A DNA stretch of 64,000 nt from an uncultured delta proteobacterium. Lineage in GTDB: Bacteria; Desulfobacterota; DSM-4660; Desulfatiglandales; HGW-15. The stretch is taken from NCBI GenBank assembly GCA_963740905.1, contig CAVUFY010000011.1, forward strand, positions 124,926 to 188,925, read 5' to 3'. Shown in pieces: positions 21,435 to 29,744 of the stretch; positions within the stretch are counted from its first letter, which is position 1; every line of letters begins with the position of its first letter. The position numbers and the translations under genes are program-made. The notes below the pieces were generated by a model, which had not been told where the DNA came from, did no database searches, and was given only the letters and a program-made list of their open reading frames with translations.

Positions 21435-22217
21435 ATGGAAGCAGCCATAGAAGTGATGGGACTGCATTCTCGATACGGAGACGTGGAGATTCTAAGGAAC
21501 GTCACGGTTTCGATGCCGAAGGGGAAGATCACAGCAATAGTCGGTAAGAGTGGGTCGGGGAAAAGTACGCTCCTGAAGCATCTCATAGGGCTCTTAAAGC
21601 CGATCAAGGGAAAGATTTTGATCAACCGGCAAGATATTGCTTCTCTTGGAGGAGAGGACCTGGACAAAGTAAGAAAGAAAATGGGGGTACTGTTTCAAGG
21701 GGCCGCGCTGCTGCACTCCCTGAGTGTTTCCGACAACATCGCTCTCCCCATCAGGGAGCATACCAGGCTCAATGAATCGACGATCCATATCATGGTGCAT
21801 ATGAAACTCGACCTTGTGGGACTTTCAGGCTTCGAAGACTTTTTCCCCGCCCAGCTTTCCGGCGGCATGAAGAAAAGGGCGGGCCTTGCGCGTGCCTTGG
21901 CTCTGGATCCGGAAATCCTCTTTTTCGACGAACCTTCTTCCGGGCTCGACCCTATCACGGCCGCGGGGCTCGACAAACTCATTCTCAAACTCAGGGACAC
22001 ATTCGGAGTGACGATCGTCGTTGTTACCCATGAGCTTCCAAGCTTGTTCATGATTTCCGATCACGTCATCATGCTCGACCGCGGTGAGGCGATTTTCTCG
22101 GGTCCGCTCGATGATATGAAACAGGCCGAGGATCAGAGAATCAGTATGTTTCTCGACAGAAGACCTGAAGAGGAGACGCCATCCGACGATTATTTAAGGG
22201 TCCTTGCGGAAGGCTGA
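21435..22217 (+). CDS. mlaF: MlaF-type ABC transporter ATP-binding protein
   Basis: Walker A is GKSGSGKST, the signature is LSGGMKKR, Walker B is ILFFDEPSSGLD. Confidence 0.9.
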   Translation: MEAAIEVMGLHSRYGDVEILRNVTVSMPKGKITAIVGKSGSGKSTLLKHLIGLLKPIKGKILINRQDIASLGGEDLDKVRKKMGVLFQGAALLHSLSVSDNIALPIREHTRLNESTIHIMVHMKLDLVGLSGFEDFFPAQLSGGMKKRAGLARALALDPEILFFDEPSSGLDPITAAGLDKLILKLRDTFGVTIVVVTHELPSLFMISDHVIMLDRGEAIFSGPLDDMKQAEDQRISMFLDRRPEEETPSDDYLRVLAEG

Positions 22218-22218
22218 T

Positions 22219-23136
22219 ATGCAAGGGAAAAAGGAATACTTGAGTGAGGAGATCAAGGCGGGCGGAATCATTTTCGCGTCTTTCGTGATTCTTGGCGCCT
22301 TTATAATCTTGATTGGGGGTAGCCGCTTTTTCGAGAAATTTGATGCCTACTACATCAAGGTCATGAACGCGGCGGGTCTCACGAAAGGGGCCCAGGTCAG
22401 TCTGGGCGGGATAAGGGTGGGAAGAGTCTTGGATATCAAGGAACCGGGGGGACCGGGAAAGCCCCTGACAGTAGAGATAGCCGTTACGAAAGGGACCATT
22501 CTCTATAAAGGGACAAAAGCACTGATCACTCAAACCGGATTTGTCGGTGACACCTATCTCCTTCTTACCGTCGATCACACGACCGCCGGCAGGATCGGGG
22601 TGGGAGAAGAAATCCCGTCAGAGGAAAGGACAGATCTCAGCATGATCATGACAAGGGTGTACAAACTATCTGAATCCGTTGGTCTTCTGACCCAGGATGC
22701 CGATAGGTTTTTCAGCAAAGAAAATGCACGCGAAGTCGATAATTTGCTGAGCAATACGAGCGAGGCGATTGTTTCAATTTCTTCAAATCTGGATCAAGTC
22801 GCATCATCGCTGAGAGCGACCACGGCCAAGCTCGACAATGTCCTCAGCGAACTCCAAGAGATTGTGAAAGCAAATAAAGTCGAGGTGTCGAGACTAATAC
22901 GCAATGCGAGGAAAGATATCGATAAGGCCGGAGATATGATCGCGCGAATAGAGGCGGCGGCTAATAAAGTTGATAACGTGTCGGATTCCACGGGCCGGGC
23001 AATTGAGGACCTATCTCCGAACCTGGAAAACCTTATATTCGAAATGACTAAGACGACGGACGACCTGCGAGATGCCATTCAAGAGATCAGGAGAAGGCCC
23101 TGGAGCATCCTCTACAAAGAAAGAGATGGAAAATGA
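22219..23136 (+). CDS. mlaD: MlaD/MCE-domain substrate-binding protein
   Basis: It has an N-terminal TM helix (GIIFASFVILGAFIILIGG), an MCE beta-barrel (GLTKGAQVSLGGIRVGRV) and a long C-terminal helical region. Confidence 0.8.
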   Translation: MQGKKEYLSEEIKAGGIIFASFVILGAFIILIGGSRFFEKFDAYYIKVMNAAGLTKGAQVSLGGIRVGRVLDIKEPGGPGKPLTVEIAVTKGTILYKGTKALITQTGFVGDTYLLLTVDHTTAGRIGVGEEIPSEERTDLSMIMTRVYKLSESVGLLTQDADRFFSKENAREVDNLLSNTSEAIVSISSNLDQVASSLRATTAKLDNVLSELQEIVKANKVEVSRLIRNARKDIDKAGDMIARIEAAANKVDNVSDSTGRAIEDLSPNLENLIFEMTKTTDDLRDAIQEIRRRPWSILYKERDGK

Positions 23137-23137
23137 G

Positions 23138-23713
23138 ATGAAATCTTTTGCCGCGTTCGTCTTTTCACTCGTTTTCTTATTATCATGCGCCATGTCTGAA
23201 ACGAAGATTTACACCCTTTCTCTCCCTCCCATAAAGGAGCAGCCTAATGTTGAACCGCATGCATCAGTCAACGTAATCGTCCACGCACCGCGCTATCTTG
23301 AACAACCCTATATTGCTTACAGGATTTCTCCTTATGAGGTCGAACTGTCGAAGGATTCGAGGTGGGATTCGTCTCCGGCCGATATGATGAAGCGAGCGAT
23401 TAAAGAGTCACTTTGTTCTTCACGTTTCTTCGCAGTAGTCAGGACTTCGGCGTTTGCACCGCCTGGGTTCTATGATTGCGAGGTCAATCTCCGGAGGTTC
23501 GAGCGATTCGATAAAGGGAATGAGTCCTTTGGGGAACTCGATTTTGAAATCACCTTCCGTTCTCCTGGAGGCAGGGTGCTTTACAACGGATCACTGAAGA
23601 AGGAGTTGAAACTTGCTGACAGGAGCTATTCAAGCCTTGCAAAGTTCTTGAGTGAAGCGCTTTCTCAAGGATTGGATGAAGCAAGTGCCGCTATCGTAAA
23701 ATCCATTCCTTAA
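23138..23713 (+). CDS. ABC-type transport auxiliary lipoprotein (ABC_trans_aux/DUF330-like)
   Basis: The lipobox is FLLSC. IYTLSLPP, APRYLEQPYIAYRISPYEVELSKDSRWDSSPADMMKRAIKESL matches the family pattern from memory. An alternative start is at 23126. Confidence 0.65.
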   Translation: MKSFAAFVFSLVFLLSCAMSETKIYTLSLPPIKEQPNVEPHASVNVIVHAPRYLEQPYIAYRISPYEVELSKDSRWDSSPADMMKRAIKESLCSSRFFAVVRTSAFAPPGFYDCEVNLRRFERFDKGNESFGELDFEITFRSPGGRVLYNGSLKKELKLADRSYSSLAKFLSEALSQGLDEASAAIVKSIP

Positions 23714-23824
23714 AATGCTGAGTTTGTGGTCATGAAGAAAGCTCCATCCAGTGCACCTTATGAACCCTAGTCCTCAGGGCCAGGTCAGAGACAATGGCTG
23801 AGCCTGTGCTAGTGAGAAGGCTCT

Positions 23825-23990
23825 AAATTCGAAGCACGAAATTAGAACTCCGAAACAATACACAATGACAAAACCGGCAATGATCCAAACAAAATCGTGT
23901 TTGATGCCCCGAATCTAATTTTGTTTTTGTCATTAGAACATTTGGTATTCGAATTTGTTTCGTATTTCGAACTTCGGATTTCGGATTTTG
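23825..23990. repeat. Repeat family R4: AT-rich imperfect palindrome built from CGAAAT/TTCGAA-type short motifs
   Basis: AAATTCGAAGCACGAAATTAGAACTCCGAAACAATACACAATGACAAAA...TTTTGTCATTAGAACATTTGGTATTCGAATTTGTTTCGTATTTCGAACTTCGGATTTCGGATTTT. This is the only copy in the window. Confidence 0.6.
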
Positions 23991-24061
23991 CCGGCGCTAC
24001 ACTTGCAATCATGCTCTCTGGGCTTAGACCACAGCCGGGAGCTCTGGACCCGGATCTTTAC

Positions 24062-24790
24062 TCACCAGCGGCCGAAATGGGCGCCGCCATCGACATACAG
24101 GATGTGACCAGTGACCGTCGCGGCGTCGGTCAGGTACATGACCGCATCCGCGATGTCCTTGACCGTCGAAGGCCGACCCATCGGCGACAGGCTCTCCATC
24201 ACGTCCTTCGGAGTGTCCCGGTGAAGCGGCGTGTCGACGACGCCCGGCGCGACGGCGTTCACGCGGATGCCGTCTTTCGCGTACTCCATCGCAAGGTGCT
24301 GGGTGATCGTTTCAAGACCGCCTTTGGTGATCATCGGCACCGACGCCGTGACGCCCCGGATCGGGTTGCGAGCCAGGGCCGCCGTGATCGTGACGATGCT
24401 CCCGCCGGTCTTCTGCGCCAACATCTGCTTGATGGAGAGCTGGGTGACGTACAGGAAGCCCTCGAGGTTCGTCGAGACGAGCGACTTGAAGTCCTCGGCC
24501 GTGTAGTCCGTGAACGGCTTGGTGAAGAAGATGCCGGCGTTGTTGACCAGCACGTCGATCGACTTGAAGCGAGACAGCGCCGTCTCGACGATCCTGGCGG
24601 CCGTTGCCGGCTCGCCGATGTGGCCGTCCACCAGAGCGACATGGTCGGAAGCCGCGACCTCGGTGGATTGGGTCACCTTCCGGGAATTGGCAACGACGTT
24701 GAAACCCCGTTCGACAAACCCTTTCACGATTCCCGCGCCGATCCCCTGCGAAGCTCCGGTCACGATGGCTGTCTTCCGTGGGCCGCTCAT
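24062..24790 (-). CDS. Short-chain dehydrogenase/reductase (SDR) family oxidoreductase
   Basis: It carries TGASQGIGAGI (the TGxxxGxG motif), NNAG, and a catalytic-region Y/K. The codon usage is clearly GC-rich. Confidence 0.9.
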   Translation of the reverse strand: MSGPRKTAIVTGASQGIGAGIVKGFVERGFNVVANSRKVTQSTEVAASDHVALVDGHIGEPATAARIVETALSRFKSIDVLVNNAGIFFTKPFTDYTAEDFKSLVSTNLEGFLYVTQLSIKQMLAQKTGGSIVTITAALARNPIRGVTASVPMITKGGLETITQHLAMEYAKDGIRVNAVAPGVVDTPLHRDTPKDVMESLSPMGRPSTVKDIADAVMYLTDAATVTGHILYVDGGAHFGRW

Positions 24791-24845
24791 GGTTGTTTAC
24801 CTCGAAAACGTCTGTGTCACTAGAAAAATTCGATGGTCAAGCGGA

Positions 24846-25853
24846 TCAGAAATCCGCGTCCAGCACGATGCGGTAACGGGCCTTGCCTGATTCAAGTCGG
24901 GCGAAGGCCTCGTTGATCTTGCTCATCGGGAAGTGCTCGGTCTGCGGCGCGATATTGTGCCGTGAAGCAAAGTCGAGCATCGTCTCGATCGCCACCGGCG
25001 AGCCGGTCGGCGAACCTGAGACGCTACGCTGCTGCATGATGAGCGAGAACGCCGCGACCGGGATCGGTTCCAGCACGGCGCCGACGACATGCAGCCGGCC
25101 GTTCGGCGCGAGCGTGCCGATCATCGCGTCCCAATCGAGCTTCACGTTGACGGTGCTGATCAGGAGGTCGAAGCTGCCGCCGAGTTTCTTGATCGCCGCC
25201 GAGTCTTTGCTCGAAACGACGTGGTTCGCCCCGAAACCCTTCGCTTCATCGAACTTGCTCTCGCTCGACGTGAACGCCGTCACGTCGCAGCCGTACGCGG
25301 CGGCGAACTTCACGGCCATGTGCCCCAGCCCGCCGATGCCGATGATGCCCACCCGATCGGTCGGCTTGGCGTACATGGCCAGCGGCGCGAAGACGGTGAT
25401 GCCCCCGCACAGGAGCGGCCCGGCTTCGGCGAAGTTCAGCTTTTCCGGCAGCGGGATGGCCCAAGCCCAGTGCGAGCGGATGTGGGTCGCGAACCCGCCG
25501 CGATGACCGACGATGGTCGGCTGCACTTGCGGGCAAAGGTGATGGCTTCCCGACATGCACTGGCGGCAGTGCATGCAGCTACCCGAGTTCCAGCCGACGC
25601 CGACGCGCTGTCCGACCTTGAGTCCCTTGGCATTCGGACCCACGGCCGTGACCCGGCCGATGACCTCGTGGCCGAGAATCGCGGGGTACTGCGAAATGCC
25701 CCACTCATTGTTCAAGACGGAGAGATCGGAGTGACACAAACCGCAGTGTTCGACAGCGACTTCAACGTCCTCGGCCCCGAGCGGTCCGAGATCAACGGTT
25801 TCGAGCACCATCGGCTGTTTCGCCGCCTTCGCAACCCATGCCTTATAATTCAT
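24846..25853 (-). CDS. Zinc-dependent NAD(P)-alcohol dehydrogenase (YahK/AdhA-like MDR)
   Basis: It carries GLCHSDLSV, GHEVIGRV, the structural-zinc Cys cluster CMHCRQCMSGSHHLC and the GIIGIGGLGH Rossmann motif. Confidence 0.9.
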   Translation of the reverse strand: MNYKAWVAKAAKQPMVLETVDLGPLGAEDVEVAVEHCGLCHSDLSVLNNEWGISQYPAILGHEVIGRVTAVGPNAKGLKVGQRVGVGWNSGSCMHCRQCMSGSHHLCPQVQPTIVGHRGGFATHIRSHWAWAIPLPEKLNFAEAGPLLCGGITVFAPLAMYAKPTDRVGIIGIGGLGHMAVKFAAAYGCDVTAFTSSESKFDEAKGFGANHVVSSKDSAAIKKLGGSFDLLISTVNVKLDWDAMIGTLAPNGRLHVVGAVLEPIPVAAFSLIMQQRSVSGSPTGSPVAIETMLDFASRHNIAPQTEHFPMSKINEAFARLESGKARYRIVLDADF

Positions 25854-25980
25854 CGCGTCCTCCTTTGTTTCAGTGGTTAGCTGCGTTTTAGCAAATAGAT
25901 TCCGAGTCGAGAGCCCGATGTCGAAAGACTTCTCTTTTGCCGACCTATAATGAGGTTTCCATTTTTTTGACTCGGTCTCC

Positions 25981-26050
25981 CCGGTACCAAAGGTACGACT
26001 GGCATTTGGACTGGTAAATGAGGTGAATGTTGTATTTTTGCAGTACCTGA
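25981..26050 (-). repeat. Repeat family R3, copy C (minus orientation, 128 nt upstream of the adh start)
   Basis: The reverse complement reads GGTACTGCAAAAATACAACATTCACCTCATTTACCAGTCCAAATGCCAGTCGTACCTTTGGTACCGG. Confidence 0.65.
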
Positions 26051-26197
26051 ACTGTTTCGACCTGTCTGGAATTCAAATATATCTCCTCTTTAGATTGGCC
26101 TGCGGGTGTTTTTTCTCACGCAAATACACTGTGCGCCCTATTTATCCCCGTATATGCAAATCTTACAGTGGGATTAAGGCTATATAGGAGGCTGGAA

Positions 26198-26686
26198 ATG
26201 GCAAATACTCAGAAAACAGTGCCGGCCAGCGCCGAGCAGCGGTTGAAAGAACTTGGCATCGAGCTCCCGGCGCCGCCTGAGCCGTTCGGCACCTATGTGG
26301 AAGCGGTGCAGACAGGCAATCTGCTTTTTCTGACCGGAATGCTTCCCACAGAAGGCCGCGGGGCGAAATTTATTGGGCGCGTAGGCGCGGAGCTCGACGT
26401 GGAAGCCGGGCGCAAGGCGGCTTACCTCGCGGCACTCAACGCCCTCGCTGTCGCGCGGCAGCATCTGGGCTCGCTCGACAAAGTGACGCGGATTGTCCGG
26501 CTGGGCGTATCGGTGGCCACCTCGGGAGATGTCCGCGATCAGCCGAAAGTCGCTGACGCCGCCTCGGAGCTTCTGCAAGACGTCTTCGGGAAAGACAAGA
26601 ACCCTTGCCGCCTGGTTTATGGCGTCGCAAGTCTTCCGCTCGGCACCCCGGTCGAGCTGGAAATCATTTTCGAGGTGGCAGGGTAA
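26198..26686 (+). CDS. RidA/YjgF/L-PSP family protein
   Basis: GGAGG precedes ATG 26198. It carries LLFLTGMLP, and VELEIIFEV at the C-terminus. Confidence 0.8.
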   Translation: MANTQKTVPASAEQRLKELGIELPAPPEPFGTYVEAVQTGNLLFLTGMLPTEGRGAKFIGRVGAELDVEAGRKAAYLAALNALAVARQHLGSLDKVTRIVRLGVSVATSGDVRDQPKVADAASELLQDVFGKDKNPCRLVYGVASLPLGTPVELEIIFEVAG

Positions 26687-26799
26687 GATGAAGTTTTGCG
26701 GCAGGACAACTTACGCTCAAGGTCTTCCCCGGGCCCCTGCCTGCCGGCTGCTTCACTAACTGAGCATTTTGCAGACCCCTGCGTCCATCTTACATAGGG

Positions 26800-26875
26800 T
26801 GAACACTGTATTTGATGTACGACAAAAATACAACTTTCACCTCATTTACTTGTCCAACCACTAACACTAGTTTTG
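26800..26875 (+). repeat. Repeat family R3, copy B
   Basis: GATGTACGACAAAAATACAACTTTCACCTCATTTACTTGTCCAACCACTAACACTAG, about 109 nt upstream of the peroxiredoxin start. Confidence 0.65.
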
Positions 26876-26983
26876 GGGGCGTGAGGACATTACTTTTGTT
26901 GAACGCACGTTTCTGGATGGACAGGAAGTGCAAATGAGTGCAAGAAGCGGACGGCAAATACATGTAACCAGGAGGAGGATCCG

Positions 26984-27469
26984 ATGACATCTCTTAAACC
27001 CGGAGTTAGAGCTCCAGACTTTTCACTTTCCGCAACCCCCGATCAAAAAGTTTCCCTGTCCGACTTTCGCGGAAGGCCCGTTGTCCTGGTCTTCTATCCG
27101 GCTGATTGGAGCCCCGTTTGCAGTGACCAGTTGGGGCTCTACAACGAGTTGAAGGCCGAATTCTCCGAATTTCAAGCACAAATCATCGGCATTTCAGTGG
27201 ACGGTGTCTGGTGCCATCTCGCCTTCAGCAAGGACCGCAAATTGCGCTTTCCGCTCTTAGCGGATTTTGAGCCTAAAGGCGCAGTGGCCCGACAGTACGG
27301 CGTCTACCGGGAAAAAGAGGGCGAGTCGGAGCGGGCGCTATTTGTCGTCGATACCGAGAGCGTCATTCGTTGGAGTTATGTCTCGCCGGTGGGCGTCAAT
27401 CCGGGAGCCGACGGCATTTTGAAAGCTCTCGAATCGATGACCAAAGGCGAAAAGGCAGAGAGCGTCTGA
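26984..27469 (+). CDS. Peroxiredoxin (AhpC/TSA, BCP/PrxQ-like)
   Basis: APDFSL, VVLVFYPADWSPVCSDQL contains the peroxidatic Cys motif. Confidence 0.9.
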   Translation: MTSLKPGVRAPDFSLSATPDQKVSLSDFRGRPVVLVFYPADWSPVCSDQLGLYNELKAEFSEFQAQIIGISVDGVWCHLAFSKDRKLRFPLLADFEPKGAVARQYGVYREKEGESERALFVVDTESVIRWSYVSPVGVNPGADGILKALESMTKGEKAESV

Positions 27470-27502
27470 CACTGTTTTGATTCCCGAGGCAGGAGGTACG
27501 TT

Positions 27503-28036
27503 ATGGAAGAATCCCCAAAACTCACCCAGCCTGTTTCAGCGCGTGATCATGCGGAAGGACCTGCCGACCCGCCTTTGACTTTAGTAGAATACGGCGATTA
27601 TCAGTGCCCTTACTGCGGAGCCGCCTATCCCGTCATAAAGCGCCTGCAAAAGACCTTGGGGAAGAAACTCCGATTTGTGTTCAGGAACTTCCCCCTAACC
27701 CAGGCGCACCCATATGCCCAGATCGCGGCCGAAGCGGCGGAAGCCGCGGCGCTCCAGGGGAAGTTTTGGGAGATGCACGATCTCCTTTTCGAACGGCAGA
27801 CCTCGCTCAATCCGGAGATCATCCCTACGTGGGCAAACGGGATCGGATTGAATGTCGAACAATTCGGGAACGATATCAAAGAAGGCGTTGTCGAGAAGCG
27901 TATTAAGGAAGACCGCCAGAGTGGAATCCGCAGCGGAGTTAATGGCACGCCGACCTTTTTTATCAACGGGATACGCTACGATGGCTCTCATGATTATAAT
28001 TCGCTCCTGGCCGCTCTGCAATCGGCGGCATTGTAA
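27503..28036 (+). CDS. DsbA-family thioredoxin-fold oxidoreductase
   Basis: YGDYQCPYCG is the CxxC site. It also carries VNGTPTFFING. Confidence 0.85.
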   Translation: MEESPKLTQPVSARDHAEGPADPPLTLVEYGDYQCPYCGAAYPVIKRLQKTLGKKLRFVFRNFPLTQAHPYAQIAAEAAEAAALQGKFWEMHDLLFERQTSLNPEIIPTWANGIGLNVEQFGNDIKEGVVEKRIKEDRQSGIRSGVNGTPTFFINGIRYDGSHDYNSLLAALQSAAL

Positions 28037-28187
28037 TCCTGCTCCGTTTGAATACGGTTGTGGCACATCGGGAATCCGACACCGCGCAGCTAAAGTCATC
28101 AACACGAACTCTCTTTGCCAGGATAGCGATCCTCGTCAACTTTCTGCAAAGCGTTCTTGTGGCGTATAAAATAAAGGGGGCTTGAAC

Positions 28188-28622
28188 ATGACGGAAAAAG
28201 GTTTGACCCTGATACAGCGAGTGGCCATCTGCTTCACTGCGGGGGTTATAGGCGGACTGGCGGTAGTCCTTTTCAGCCAGGTCCTGTTTGGGTTGGGGCT
28301 TAGCGCGACCTTCGGGATAAAGGCTCCGGTATCCTTGAACCCGCCGGGTATATACAGGCCGCTCTTCTGGGCCGGGCTGTGGGGTATCCCGTTCGGGTTC
28401 CTTATAAAGGCCGTCTGGAACCGGCTCTACCTCTTCGGTCTCCTATACTTCCTCGCGCCGGTTCTGGCGTTGTTCTTATTCTTCCTACCGATGAGCGGCG
28501 CAGGGTATTTTGGGCTTCAGCGGGGCGGGCCGATGCTCACAGTCTACCTGCTGCTCGTAAATCTGCCGTACGGAATAATCACGGCTTTGGCCGCAAGGGC
28601 GATAACAGGGAAGAAGCCGTAA
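28188..28622 (+). CDS. Small integral membrane protein, unknown function (about 4 TM helices)
   Basis: The hydrophobic segments are AICFTAGVIGGLAVVLF, LFWAGLWGIPFGFLI, LFGLLYFLAPVLALFLFFL, LLLVNLPYGIITALA. AAGGGGG lies upstream of ATG 28188. Confidence 0.5.
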   Translation: MTEKGLTLIQRVAICFTAGVIGGLAVVLFSQVLFGLGLSATFGIKAPVSLNPPGIYRPLFWAGLWGIPFGFLIKAVWNRLYLFGLLYFLAPVLALFLFFLPMSGAGYFGLQRGGPMLTVYLLLVNLPYGIITALAARAITGKKP

Positions 28623-28701
28623 GCATCGTGGAGAAAGAGGAAAGCCTGAGCTTAGCGGTCACACGGTGTCCAAGTGCCGGCAGGCTGAGAATGGAGCTCG
28701 G

Positions 28702-29421
28702 ATGAGCGAAGAAAAGAACCCAGGGGAGGGTAATAAGCCCCAGATGGCAGCGAGCCGGAAAGGCGCAGCTATCAAGGCACTCTTTCTGGTCGCATTCGTC
28801 ATCGTGGCGATTTACATTATCCGCTTCACGTCGGCAAGGGAGTTTTTTACCGAAAAGGCCTTGAACCAGTTTCTCGATCGGGCTGGACTCTGGGCGCCTC
28901 TCGTCTTCATGCTGGTCTACACCGCAGGCGTATGTCTGTTTGTCCCCGGCACCCTGCTCACCGCCCTGGGAGCCGCTTTGTTTGGCCCTTACTGGGGATT
29001 CGTGTGTGTATGGATGGGAGCCATGGCTGGTGCCACTGCCGCTTTCTGGATCGGACGGACGCTGGGGAGAGATTTTGCCGCTTCCCTCATAGGGGAAAAA
29101 CTGAAGAAGTATGATGAGGCGATCGAGAGGAACGGATTCGCCACGGTGCTTTACTTGCGGCTGGTCTATTTCCCTTTCACCGCCATGAACTTTGGGATGG
29201 GGCTGACCAAGGTCCGGTTCCGGGATTATTTTTGGGGCACGGGTTTGGGCATTTTGGTGGGGACTTTTATTCTTACTTTTTTTATCGGCACGATTAAAGA
29301 AGTTTGGGTCGCAGGAGATTGGAGTCAGTTGATTTCTTCCAAAGTTTTTTTCTCGGTGGGTCTGTTTATTTTTTCCCTCTTCATTCCCAAAATTATTAAA
29401 AAGATAAAGAAAGAAAGTTGA
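28702..29421 (+). CDS. TVP38/TMEM64 (DedA-related, SNARE-associated) membrane protein
   Basis: VPGTLLTALGAALFGPYWGFVCVWMGAMAGATAAFWIGRTLGR...NGFATVLYLRLVYFPFTAMNFGMGLT is the family core. Confidence 0.8.
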   Translation: MSEEKNPGEGNKPQMAASRKGAAIKALFLVAFVIVAIYIIRFTSAREFFTEKALNQFLDRAGLWAPLVFMLVYTAGVCLFVPGTLLTALGAALFGPYWGFVCVWMGAMAGATAAFWIGRTLGRDFAASLIGEKLKKYDEAIERNGFATVLYLRLVYFPFTAMNFGMGLTKVRFRDYFWGTGLGILVGTFILTFFIGTIKEVWVAGDWSQLISSKVFFSVGLFIFSLFIPKIIKKIKKES

Positions 29422-29430
29422 TTTCTTGGC

Positions 29431-29722
29431 AACGTTCAGAAGAGTTTGCATGGGCTTACAAGTAGACCTCATGGGACCGGCCCAACATGGGACAGGGTTG
29501 GTACCTTTTCCGGAGTGACTGGCGGGAGGGCGCCGTATTTTCACGGTTTATCTGTGGGGGGAAACCCCTGGCCCCGAGCGCACGCGAGGGGAACAGCGGG
29601 AGGGGGCAAAACTCCCCCGCAGATAAGCCGTAGAAAAGACCCGCCCGGGAGCCCTTGGAACGAAGGAAAAGGTGGCAGCCACGTCTCTAAGCTTTGGTCC
29701 CATGCAACCACTATTGAACCTT
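29431..29722. repeat. Repeat family R1, most complete copy (about 290 nt, long imperfect hairpin with terminal inverted repeats)
   Basis: The left end is AACGTTCAGAAGAGTTTGCATGGG and the right end is CCCATGCAACCACTATTGAACC. The inner arms are TTTTCACGGTTTATCTGTGGGGGGA and TCCCCCGCAGATAAGCCGTAGAAAA. The central mini-hairpin is GGGGG-CAAAACT-CCCCC. Confidence 0.75.
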
Positions 29723-29744
29723 ACTAATTTTTTAGGAGGGGGTC

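Noticed and set aside
28579-29544. A 321-aa minus-strand ORF overlapping the TVP38/DedA gene and the 4-TM gene.
   Set aside because: It is antisense to a gene with a clear family signature. The product is low complexity (K/E/G/P-rich) with no recognisable domain.
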